DNA of 64,000 nt. Origin: Candidatus Omnitrophota bacterium (GTDB lineage Bacteria > Omnitrophota > Gorgyraeia > VGKH01). Both the position numbers and the translations under genes were made by a program. The stretch is taken from contig JAKLEP010000003.1 of assembly GCA_022703055.1 (NCBI GenBank), positions 22,238 to 86,237 on the forward strand, read 5' to 3'. A model generated the notes under the pieces. That model had not been told where the DNA came from. It did not search any database and saw only the letters and a list, made by a program, of their open reading frames with translations. Shown here piece after piece: positions 8,603 to 17,008 of the stretch (positions are counted from its first letter, which is position 1; each line of letters starts with the position of its first letter).

Positions 8603-9370
8603 TTAATTTAAATTAAAGAATTTCTTCGCATTTTGTAATGTTTTTTCTGCTACTACCGTTTTCTCTGAGTTCTTTATGCTTGAAACTAGTTCTAGTGTCG
8701 AAGTCACATCTTTAGGCTCAGAATTAAATCCGCCCTGTTGATTACGGTAAAATACCGGTGAATCAGTCTCAATTAGTAGGCTATCTAAAGGAGCGTTTTT
8801 TATGGCATCTTGATGCTGAGGGCTGTAGCTTAAAGCAGGCGTTGCCGAAACAAGATAATCGTTGTTTATTATCTCTTTCAAAATATCTACGGGTCCGCTA
8901 TACCAATGAAAGACCGCCTTTTTAATTCCAGCCTCTTTACAGAGAGTAAAACAATCTTGCCATGCACCACGGCTGTGGATAATCACCGGCAAATCGTATT
9001 CTTTAGCGATGCTGAGTTGTTTTCTGTATAAATTTTGCTGCAATTCTTTTTTCGTCTTGTCCTTCTTGACCTCTTTGTACCAGTAATCGAGTCCGATTTC
9101 TCCGATGGCGACAGCTTTATGATAATTTTCCTTAATGAACTCAAGGCATTTATCTGTTTCTTCTTTGGTGATTTCCCATGGATGAATTCCGAAAGCAGGC
9201 AAAATTCTTACTATTTTGTTTTTTGAAATTTCTAGAGTTCGAATACAGGAGTTATAATCAGAGCTGACAGCCACTATAGCTTTTACTCCAGCTTCCAGCG
9301 CGCGTTTTAGCACGCTATCTAGATTTTCGATTTGATCCAAATGCGCGTGCGTATCGGTGAGTTCAATCAT
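8603..9370 (-). CDS. tatD: TatD-family metal-dependent hydrolase/DNase
   Basis: The 255 aa protein has an N-terminal DTHAHLD motif, IGEIGLDY, and VIIHSR...FHWYSG. Confidence 0.9.
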   Translation of the reverse strand: MIELTDTHAHLDQIENLDSVLKRALEAGVKAIVAVSSDYNSCIRTLEISKNKIVRILPAFGIHPWEITKEETDKCLEFIKENYHKAVAIGEIGLDYWYKEVKKDKTKKELQQNLYRKQLSIAKEYDLPVIIHSRGAWQDCFTLCKEAGIKKAVFHWYSGPVDILKEIINNDYLVSATPALSYSPQHQDAIKNAPLDSLLIETDSPVFYRNQQGGFNSEPKDVTSTLELVSSIKNSEKTVVAEKTLQNAKKFFNLN

Positions 9371-9810
9371 TGCCTGCTATTTAGGATAAAGGTAACCGGA
9401 CCGTAGTTTACCAGATGTATGTCCATCATCGCGCCAAAAACGCCAGCTTCAACATTCAAAGAGCTTTGTTTTAATTTGTCGATAAAATAAAGGTATAATT
9501 TTTCTGCCAAATCCGGCTTGGCCGAGCCGTCAAATGAAGGCCTTCTTCCCTTGCTGCAATCACAGGATAAGGTAAATTGCGAAATAACCAGAAATTCACC
9601 TTTAATGTCTAGGCAAGAAAGGTTCATTTTATGATTAGCATCCTCAAACATCCTTAAATTTATAATCTTATCGCTTAAGAAATCGGCATCTTTCTGAGTA
9701 TCGCCTTCCTCAACGCAGAGCAAAATCAAAATCCCTTTTTTGATTTTGCCGATATCCTTGGTTTCAATTTTTACTGTTGCTTCTTTGACTCTTTGGATGA
9801 CTGCCTTCAT
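9367..9810 (-). CDS. dtd: D-aminoacyl-tRNA deacylase
   Basis: The 147 aa protein starts MKAVIQRV, contains SQFTL, and ends with NYGPVTF. Confidence 0.93.
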   Translation of the reverse strand: MKAVIQRVKEATVKIETKDIGKIKKGILILLCVEEGDTQKDADFLSDKIINLRMFEDANHKMNLSCLDIKGEFLVISQFTLSCDCSKGRRPSFDGSAKPDLAEKLYLYFIDKLKQSSLNVEAGVFGAMMDIHLVNYGPVTFILNSRQ

Positions 9811-10739
9811 ATATTTTCAATTCTTAATGCATAGCTTGATTCGATGGTTTTTACCAAATGCACAAGCGTAGAATTAATCGGGATCGGAATTCCTAAGCTT
9901 TCGCCCTCGCGGACGATTACATTATTGATAAAATCAATCTCAGTTTTTTTCTTTTTCAAAACGTCTTGAAGCATTGAAGAGATATTTCCAGATGTTGCTT
10001 CGCAGACGGCTTCAACTTTAGCCAGCGGATCATCATAGATAAGCTTAATCTTCTTTCTTTTGGCGATTTTCACCGCTTCGGTAACTGCTGAGCGTAAAAT
10101 TTGCCTTGTGCCGTCAAAATCAATCAATTTGCCATTTTTTAACCTGGTGATAGCGGTCAACGCGTTAATCCCCACGTTTATGATCAGTTTTGACCAAAGC
10201 AGGCCTTTTATATCGCGGGATATCCTGGTTTCAAGGCCAGCTTTATTAAAAGCCTCGCGGATATCGCGCAGTTGAACCGGGATTTTTCCGTCGATGCGGC
10301 CGATCACAGTTTCTCCTTTTCCGGCGTGGCGGATGTGGCCATCTCCTAAAAGAGTAGCGCCTTGGTTGGTTACTCCTCCAATCACTTTGTCGCTACCTGC
10401 GATTTCGCTGATTATTTCGATATTACCAACCCCATTTTGCAAAGTCAGAACTAGTGCATCCTGGCTTATTACGTTTTTTATCGCCTTTACCGCGTCTTTT
10501 GTGTCATAGGATTTTACGCAGATAATAATAAGCTCGGCGTTAGCTATCTCTCCTGGATCGGTTGTTGCCCTTAACTTAGCCTGCCAATTTCCCGAAACAC
10601 CTTCTATCTTAATTCCGTTCTGGTTTATGAATTTTGCCCTTTGTTCATTCTTGTCTAAAATAATTACTTCTTCTTTTTTGGATAAAAAAGCAGCAAATAA
10701 ACAACCCATCGCGCCTGGTCCGACAATTGCAATATTCAT
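9807..10739 (-). CDS. panE: 2-dehydropantoate 2-reductase
   Basis: The N-terminal Rossmann motif is IAIVGPGAMGCLFA. The ApbA/PanE-type body includes LWSKLIINVGINALTA. Confidence 0.85.
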   Translation of the reverse strand: MNIAIVGPGAMGCLFAAFLSKKEEVIILDKNEQRAKFINQNGIKIEGVSGNWQAKLRATTDPGEIANAELIIICVKSYDTKDAVKAIKNVISQDALVLTLQNGVGNIEIISEIAGSDKVIGGVTNQGATLLGDGHIRHAGKGETVIGRIDGKIPVQLRDIREAFNKAGLETRISRDIKGLLWSKLIINVGINALTAITRLKNGKLIDFDGTRQILRSAVTEAVKIAKRKKIKLIYDDPLAKVEAVCEATSGNISSMLQDVLKKKKTEIDFINNVIVREGESLGIPIPINSTLVHLVKTIESSYALRIENI

Positions 10740-10821
10740 TAATCTCCTCCTTAAAATTCAATTTTGATTATATATTTATTTAAATGCCTGGTCAATGAAA
10801 ATTAGAGTAATTTAGTAGAAT

Positions 10822-10850
10822 TTGACAAAATGAAGTAAGTATGTTAAAAA
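10822..10850 (+). promoter_or_regulatory. Possible promoter for the helicase gene (TTGACA, 17 nt, TAAAAA, with TG extended -10)
   Basis: TTGACA lies at 10822-10827, and TGtTAAAAA ends at 10850. The ATG at 10859 is only 8 nt downstream and has no Shine-Dalgarno sequence, so the mRNA may be leaderless or nearly so. Confidence 0.3.
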
Positions 10851-10858
10851 GATAAACT

Positions 10859-13033
10859 ATGTTGATTAAGGATATTGCCAAAGAACTAGAGTTTCCTCAG
10901 GAATTGATTGATTCCTTAGAGAAATCTGGAGTCAATAAACTGTATCCTTTTCAGGCTCAGGCCTTGCAAAAAGGAATCCGACATAAGAAAAATCTAGTCC
11001 TTTCTTTGCCTACCGCTTCAGGTAAGACGCTTATCGCGGAATTGTGCATGGTAAAGTCCATCCTCGATAATAAAGGCGGCTGCCTCTGTCTTTATGTTGT
11101 TCCTCTTAAGGCCTTGGCTAGCGAAAAATACGAAGATTTTAAATCTAAATATGAACATCTAGGGGTTAATGTCGGGATTGCCACTGGCGATTTTGATATC
11201 CCCAGCACTTATTTATCCAAATACAATATTCTTATTGCTACTTCTGAAAAAGTTGATTCTTTGCTGCGTTTTAGGGCAAAATGGCTGACGCAGCTTTTAA
11301 ACGTAGTAGTTTTAGATGAAATTCATTTTATTAATGATGTTCACCGCGGGCCAACTCTAGAAATCCTTACCGCAAGACTCAGGCAGCTAAATAAAAACAT
11401 TCAGATTTTAGCCTTGAGCGCAACTATAAGAAACGCCAAAGAAATGGCTGATTGGTTGGACGCCGAACTGATTTACAGCGAATGGCGACCGGTCCCATTA
11501 AAAGAAGGCGTATTTTATCTTGATGGAATCGATTTTTCCGACGGAACCAATAAGGCCATCAACATTTCTAATTTCGATGAATTAAATGCTGTTTGTCTGG
11601 ATACAGTTAAAGACAAAGGCCAGGTCTTGGTTTTTGTTAATAGCCGCCGCTCGACCCAGGCTGTGTCGAAAGATCTTATTAGGCAGCTCTCTGCTCAATT
11701 AAGCGAAGAAGAAAAGAAATCTTTAAAACAAGTAGCTGATAAAATCGAGAATGCTTTAGGAGAATCAACCAAAATTTGCCGGCAATTAGCTCATTCGGTT
11801 AGAAGCGGCGTTGCTTTTCATCATGCGGGCTTGCATTATAAACAGAGAAAGCTGATTGAAGAAGGTTTTAAACAAAATCTCATTAAGGTTATATGCGCTA
11901 CTCCAACTCTTGCAGCCGGCGTCAATCTTCCTGCCAGGCGCGTAATTTTAAGAGATTACAAAAGGTACCAGTCAGGACTTGGTTCAGTTCCTATACCTGT
12001 TTTTGAATATAAACAATGCGCCGGCCGTGCCGGCAGGCCTAAATATGATAAATATGGTGAATCGGTAGTTATGGCCAAGACTTTGTCAGAATACCGCGCA
12101 ATTTTTGATGAATACATTAATTCTATGCCTGAGCCGATTACTTCTAAATTGGGTAATGAATCGGCGCTTAGAACGCATATCCTTGCTTCTATTGCCAGCG
12201 GTTATGTCTATGACGTTAACGATATGTTCGAATTTCTGTCGCAGACATTCCTTGCTTTCCAGCAAAGGACACAGGATTTGATTGAAATGGTCAGCAAAAT
12301 CTTTGAATTCTTAGAACAGGAAGAGATGATTCAGCGTAAAGGCTTTCGCTTCTATCCCACTGCTTTCGGAACTTGCATCAGCCGACTTTATATTGATCCG
12401 CTTAGCGGAATAATTTTGAAGAAAGGACTTAAGAAATTAAATGGCTCAAAAACTATTTCTGAATTGGAGCTGCTTTATATAATCTGTTGTTGCGCAGATA
12501 TGGAACTCCTCAATGTGAATCGTAGCGATTTTACCAAGCTGGATATATTCTCTGAGACCAACGATATTTTGTTGGATATCCTAAATATCGGCGCAGGAAT
12601 AATCGATTCAGAAACCAGCCTTTCCGTGACCAAGACTAGCTGGATGCTAATCGATTGGATCAGCGAAGAAAAAGAAGAAATTATCTGTGATAGGTTCAAT
12701 GTCGGCCCCGGAGACATCAGGCGCATTATTGAGACTGCCGAATGGCTGGTTTACGGCGCCCGTTCCGTAGCCAAATTATTTAGTTTTATTAATACTATAG
12801 ATCCGCTTGAGAAATTGAATCAGAGAATTAAGTACGGTATTAAAGAAGAATTAATCGAGCTTGTAATATTAAAAGGGATCGGCCGCATTAGGGCCCGCAA
12901 CCTTTTTAAGAAAGGCTTTAAGAATTTGACCGATATTAAGAATGCCACTGTCAAAAACCTCGTTCAAGTCCCTCGTATCGCCGAAGGCCTCGCTCAGGAT
13001 ATTAAACAGCAGATCGTTAAGCTCAAAATATAA
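10859..13033 (+). CDS. hel308: Hel308/Hjm-type Ski2-like superfamily 2 DNA helicase
   Basis: The 724 aa protein has helicase motifs LPTASGKT, VLDEIHFI, LSAT, HHAGL, ATPTLAAGVNLPA and QCAGRAGR. LSATIRNAKEMADWLDAELIYSEWRPVPLKEGV is typical of Hel308. The C-terminus carries a HhH-like domain 5 (LKGIGRIRARNLFKKGF). Confidence 0.85.
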   Translation: MLIKDIAKELEFPQELIDSLEKSGVNKLYPFQAQALQKGIRHKKNLVLSLPTASGKTLIAELCMVKSILDNKGGCLCLYVVPLKALASEKYEDFKSKYEHLGVNVGIATGDFDIPSTYLSKYNILIATSEKVDSLLRFRAKWLTQLLNVVVLDEIHFINDVHRGPTLEILTARLRQLNKNIQILALSATIRNAKEMADWLDAELIYSEWRPVPLKEGVFYLDGIDFSDGTNKAINISNFDELNAVCLDTVKDKGQVLVFVNSRRSTQAVSKDLIRQLSAQLSEEEKKSLKQVADKIENALGESTKICRQLAHSVRSGVAFHHAGLHYKQRKLIEEGFKQNLIKVICATPTLAAGVNLPARRVILRDYKRYQSGLGSVPIPVFEYKQCAGRAGRPKYDKYGESVVMAKTLSEYRAIFDEYINSMPEPITSKLGNESALRTHILASIASGYVYDVNDMFEFLSQTFLAFQQRTQDLIEMVSKIFEFLEQEEMIQRKGFRFYPTAFGTCISRLYIDPLSGIILKKGLKKLNGSKTISELELLYIICCCADMELLNVNRSDFTKLDIFSETNDILLDILNIGAGIIDSETSLSVTKTSWMLIDWISEEKEEIICDRFNVGPGDIRRIIETAEWLVYGARSVAKLFSFINTIDPLEKLNQRIKYGIKEELIELVILKGIGRIRARNLFKKGFKNLTDIKNATVKNLVQVPRIAEGLAQDIKQQIVKLKI

Positions 13034-13044
13034 ACAAATTTACT

Positions 13045-13785
13045 TCAGATTGGTTGAAAAAGAAAACGGTAAGATTTCAGGTTTTTCTCTAGATGAAAAT
13101 TAAGGAAATTGTACAAAATTCCCCGTAATTCCTGCCTAATGGGTTTGCTTAAGTTGAGATTTAATGCCTTCTTCCAGGGTGAAGATTCAAGAAAGATAAT
13201 TGAGTTTATGGTGCCTTTTAGCACTGAGGCTGAATTTCTATCTTTTGTTTTGCAATCTTGACAGACCAATCCACCAAGATAAATGCTAAAATTTGCCTCC
13301 TGTTTTAGTTCTTTGCCGCAAGATATGCAAGTTTCCAAATGGGGCTTGAAACCAGAAAGGGTTAGGGTTTTAATCTGGAATAAATAGAGAATTTTCTCGG
13401 GATCATCTGTTTCTATGCTGTTCAGACAATTAACCAGCAATTCAAAGATCTTGATGTTTTTGTCATGCAGCTGCATAACCGTGTCAGTAAACTCAAGGAC
13501 ATAGCTTGCGAGTGCAAGTTTTCTTATATCTTTAGCGATGAAGCTATAATCTTTTTTTAAATCGCACTGGCTGATTAAATCTATCTCGGAATTCCTGCTT
13601 CTGTAAAAATGAATATCATTAAGCGAACAAATACTCAAGTTGCTGGCTATTTTCTTCGGGTCTTTTCTTACTCCTTTTATTAGGCCGTTTATTTTGCCGA
13701 ATTCTTTGGTGAAGAAACTCACCAGGAGGCTTGTTTCTCTGAAATTATTCCTTTTTAAAAGAATTCCTTCGGCTTTAGTAACCAT
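13045..13785 (-). CDS. recO: DNA repair protein RecO
   Basis: The 246 aa protein has the N-terminal OB-fold pattern GILLKRNNFRETSLLVSFFTKEFGKINGLIKG and the Zn finger CISCGK...CQDC. Confidence 0.85.
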   Translation of the reverse strand: MVTKAEGILLKRNNFRETSLLVSFFTKEFGKINGLIKGVRKDPKKIASNLSICSLNDIHFYRSRNSEIDLISQCDLKKDYSFIAKDIRKLALASYVLEFTDTVMQLHDKNIKIFELLVNCLNSIETDDPEKILYLFQIKTLTLSGFKPHLETCISCGKELKQEANFSIYLGGLVCQDCKTKDRNSASVLKGTINSIIFLESSPWKKALNLNLSKPIRQELRGILYNFLNFHLEKNLKSYRFLFQPI

Positions 13786-13786
13786 A

Positions 13787-14212
13787 TTAAGATATTTTCT
13801 GTAGGATATATTGTTCTCTTTTGCGCATCAGCTTAGTTTCTTGTTTTTTATGGTCATTAAAACCGCAGAGATGCAGAACCCCGTGTATTACATAAAGTAA
13901 AAGTTCGTCATATTGTTTTGTTTTGTAAATTTTTGAATTTCTTACAGCGGTTTCGGTAGAAATAACTATTTCTCCATTTATAGAGCTTGTATGCTCATTT
14001 TTGTCTTTTAGGTCAAAAGCCATAACATCTGTGGGGCGGTTTTTGCGCAGGAATTTTTTATTGAGTTTTTTTATGAGGTGATCATTTACAAATACGACGG
14101 AAAGGTTAGCAGCTACTTTATTCTGTAGCTTGAGAATCTTTTTTGTCTTGCTTAGAATCTTCTTTTTCGGTATGGGGATTTTGTTTTGAAGGTTTATTAT
14201 TCTTAGTTTCAT
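13787..14212 (-). CDS. ybeY: rRNA maturation endoribonuclease YbeY
   Basis: The motifs are PTDVMAF and the Zn site HGVLHLCGFNDH. The gene sits in the conserved phoH-HD-ybeY context. Confidence 0.9.
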   Translation of the reverse strand: MKLRIINLQNKIPIPKKKILSKTKKILKLQNKVAANLSVVFVNDHLIKKLNKKFLRKNRPTDVMAFDLKDKNEHTSSINGEIVISTETAVRNSKIYKTKQYDELLLYVIHGVLHLCGFNDHKKQETKLMRKREQYILQKIS

Positions 14213-15554
14213 GTTTTTCTTCAGGGTATCTTACCCTGGGATGGTATATCGCGCTTAAGATGCGCAAGAATACGTTTCCGATAACTTCCAGGTCTTTTAA
14301 AGTCAGGTCACACTCATCGAGTTGCCCATCAATGAATTTATTATTAATTACTTTTTTTACGATTTCCTCCAGCCTTTCGGCAGTGGGTTCGGAAAGAGTC
14401 CTTGATGCTGCTTCAGCAGCGTCAGCCAATAAGACAATTGCAGTTTCTTTTTTTTGAGGTTTGGGCCCGGGATAACGGAAAACTTCTTCCTGGGATTGGT
14501 TACTTTCTTCTATGCCCTGAATAGCTTTTCGATAAAAATAATAAATGACGCTGGTGCCGTGGTGCTGGGTTATGAAATCAATGATCATCGGGTTCAGCCT
14601 GTATTTTCTACCTAACTCCACTCCTTCTTTAATATGGTTAGTGATGATCAATCTGCTCATTGTAGGCTGAAGTTTATCATGTTTACTCTGGAAGTGGATC
14701 TGGTTTTCGCTAAAATACTCAGCTTTTTCAATCTTTCCTATATCATGATAGTAAGCTCCCACCCTGGCTAATAGAGAATTGGCCCCGACAGCCTCAGATG
14801 CGGCCTCAGCGAGGTTTCCAACAAGAAGGCTGTGTTGATAGGTCCCAGGCGCCTCCAGTATCATTTTCCTCAAAAGCGGATGGTTAAAATCTGATAGTTC
14901 AAGCAGACTGATGTTGGTTGTTACTTTAAAAAGATATTCAAATATCGGCAGGCTCCCAATAACAATAAAGGATGCGACTATGCCACCGCTTAAAACCGGG
15001 ACAGCGTAATTTTTCAGGAAATGGTCCAAAGAAAAAAACCTTAGGAATATAAGAAGAAAACAGAAAAGCTGCACAACTCCTACGTAGACGCCAGCCAAAA
15101 TAATCTGACTTCTTCTTCTTGCTCTCCAAATCGAAAGAATGCCGACTATGCCGCCAATGAAGAATATTAAAGTTATTGTCAGGTTAAAATTAGCTACAAC
15201 GCCTGTAAGTATGCTTGAGACAGCTGTAACTGCAAATCCAAGCACTAAGTCCTCAAATAGTATAACAGTAAGCATACTTACAGCTATCGCGGGAATAAAA
15301 TAATAAGATAAGCTTGAGTAATTTACAATAAACTTGGCAGATACGATTATTATGATAAGCAATAATCCAAGTTTGAGATAGATGTCCTCTTTGCCTTTCT
15401 TAAGATAAAACGATAAGAAACTAAAGAGGGAAAAAATTATTATAGGAACAATGAGGTTAAAGCCAGAAATCCAGGCAACAAAAAACGTCGCTATTATTGC
15501 CAGAGAATACAGTGCGATATTCAAAATCAAGGATTTATGTTTCATTGTTTGCAA
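14118..15554 (-). CDS. pgpH: 7TM-HD membrane phosphohydrolase (PgpH-like), short form without the N-terminal extracellular domain
   Basis: The N-terminal half consists of hydrophobic helices. The C-terminal HD domain has QHSLLVGNLA and GAYYHDIGK. It lies in the conserved position between phoH and ybeY. Confidence 0.8.
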   Translation of the reverse strand: MQTMKHKSLILNIALYSLAIIATFFVAWISGFNLIVPIIIFSLFSFLSFYLKKGKEDIYLKLGLLLIIIIVSAKFIVNYSSLSYYFIPAIAVSMLTVILFEDLVLGFAVTAVSSILTGVVANFNLTITLIFFIGGIVGILSIWRARRRSQIILAGVYVGVVQLFCFLLIFLRFFSLDHFLKNYAVPVLSGGIVASFIVIGSLPIFEYLFKVTTNISLLELSDFNHPLLRKMILEAPGTYQHSLLVGNLAEAASEAVGANSLLARVGAYYHDIGKIEKAEYFSENQIHFQSKHDKLQPTMSRLIITNHIKEGVELGRKYRLNPMIIDFITQHHGTSVIYYFYRKAIQGIEESNQSQEEVFRYPGPKPQKKETAIVLLADAAEAASRTLSEPTAERLEEIVKKVINNKFIDGQLDECDLTLKDLEVIGNVFLRILSAIYHPRVRYPEEKHETKNNKPSKQNPHTEKEDSKQDKKDSQATE

Positions 15555-16497
15555 ATTTAGCGTAGGCTTGTATGATTTCCTGCACTAGTTCGTGCCTTAC
15601 GACATCATCGCCGGTTAAAAAGATGAATTTTATGCCTTTTATTTCTTTGAGGATATCTATTGCCTGTAACAAGCCTAAGGGTTTTCCGCCAGGTAAATCG
15701 CTTTGGGTAATATCTCCGGTAATGACGGTTTTGGAATCAAATCCCAGCCTCGTAAGAAACATCTTCATCTGTTCGGTTGTGCAATTTTGCGCCTCATCAA
15801 GTACGATAAAGGCATCATTTAGGGTGCGGCCGCGCATATAAGCAAGCGGAGCAACTTCGATTATACCCATTTCGATATACTTTTCTATTCTTTCTGCCTC
15901 CATCATGTCGTATAGAGCGTCATATAGCGGACGAAGATAAGGAGAAATCTTTTCGTACATATCCCCGGGTAGATAACCAAGGCTCTCACCAGCTTCAAGA
16001 GCAGGCCTGGTCAAAATAATACGTCTAACTTCTCCCTTTTTTAGAGCCGAAACCGCCATCGCCATAGCGAGATAGGTTTTTCCCGTGCCAGCTGGACCGA
16101 CTCCGAATACAATGTCGTAATCTTTTATTGCTTCAATGTAGGAGAATTGGCCCTTGGTTTTTGGGGTGATGGCTTTCTTCTGCTGAGAAACGCCTAATTT
16201 CTCCTCGGATAATTGCAAAAGATCTACCCCTTCCTTTAATGTAGCATGTGGGGTTCTAGTAAGGTAAAGAATATCCTGTTTCTTGATTTCCTTATTTTTC
16301 TTAGCCATCTCAATTAAATGGTTTAATAATTGGTTCGCCTTTTCCAGGTTATGCTTATTTCCTGTGAGTTTCAGGCCTTCTGGATTGGCAACAATTTTTA
16401 CATTGCAACTTTCTTCAATAAGCTTGATATTCTCGTCATACTGGCCAACAATAGCCTGCAGAATATCGGTACTAGGAATCTTAATTATTTTCTTCAA
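15535..16497 (-). CDS. phoH: PhoH-family ATPase
   Basis: The Walker A motif is GPAGTGKTYLA. The protein also has LDEAQN and GDITQSDLP. Confidence 0.9.
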   Translation of the reverse strand: MKKIIKIPSTDILQAIVGQYDENIKLIEESCNVKIVANPEGLKLTGNKHNLEKANQLLNHLIEMAKKNKEIKKQDILYLTRTPHATLKEGVDLLQLSEEKLGVSQQKKAITPKTKGQFSYIEAIKDYDIVFGVGPAGTGKTYLAMAMAVSALKKGEVRRIILTRPALEAGESLGYLPGDMYEKISPYLRPLYDALYDMMEAERIEKYIEMGIIEVAPLAYMRGRTLNDAFIVLDEAQNCTTEQMKMFLTRLGFDSKTVITGDITQSDLPGGKPLGLLQAIDILKEIKGIKFIFLTGDDVVRHELVQEIIQAYAKFANNET

Positions 16498-16507
16498 ATC
16501 GCGAAAT

Positions 16508-17008
16508 TTATTCTGGTATATTGATTGTTATCCCTGGTTTTATTCTGTTGGGATCAGCAATCTTGTCTTTGTTGGCATTGTAGATTTTCTGCCACTTTTT
16601 ATATGTTCCGTAAAAGTTCTTGGATATCTTCTGAAGAGTATCTCCGCTTACGACCTTGTAAGTTTTTGCAACGGCTACTTCTTCAGTGGTCTCTTCTTCG
16701 GTTGAAAAATCTTCTTCTAAGGCAGTTTTTTCGGTTGTTGAAATTTCTTGAACAGGTGCTTTTGTCTTGGATGCATCGATGTTTTTAGTCGAACTTCCAA
16801 ACTCAACTTCCATAACATAGGTATCTCTTGTTGTAGATGCAGGCTTTGTTTCGCTTGCAGCTGAGCTACCGGCAAGATACCCTTTGTTACCGGCAACTTC
16901 CAGATCAACTCTTGGTTTTGTGACCTTGTAAGTCCGAACTGCGCAACCGGAAATTACAAAAATAGCGATTAAGGAAATCAGCAAAAAACTAATTCTACCC
17001 CTAGACAT
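16508..17008 (-). CDS. LysM-domain lipoprotein
   Basis: The signal peptide ends in the lipobox VISGC. The C-terminal LysM domain reads YKVVSGDTLQKISKNFYG...WQKIYNANKDKIADPNRIKPGITINIP. Confidence 0.75.
   Translation of the reverse strand: MSRGRISFLLISLIAIFVISGCAVRTYKVTKPRVDLEVAGNKGYLAGSSAASETKPASTTRDTYVMEVEFGSSTKNIDASKTKAPVQEISTTEKTALEEDFSTEEETTEEVAVAKTYKVVSGDTLQKISKNFYGTYKKWQKIYNANKDKIADPNRIKPGITINIPE

Noticed and set aside
10859-13033. The helicase as HamB of a Hachiman-type defence system or another helicase-based defence module.
   Set aside because: No partner gene (DUF1837/HamA-like or a nuclease) is adjacent, and the flanks are panE and recO. The protein has the complete Hel308 repair-helicase architecture, including the C-terminal HhH domain.
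14938-15129. Short minus-strand ORFs nested out of frame inside larger genes: 14938-15129, 16717-16908, 29581-29826, 32262-32477, 49983-50165, 50236-50460, 60188-60472 and 12475-12726.
   Set aside because: They lie completely inside confidently assigned CDS in another frame. They have no independent start signals or motifs.
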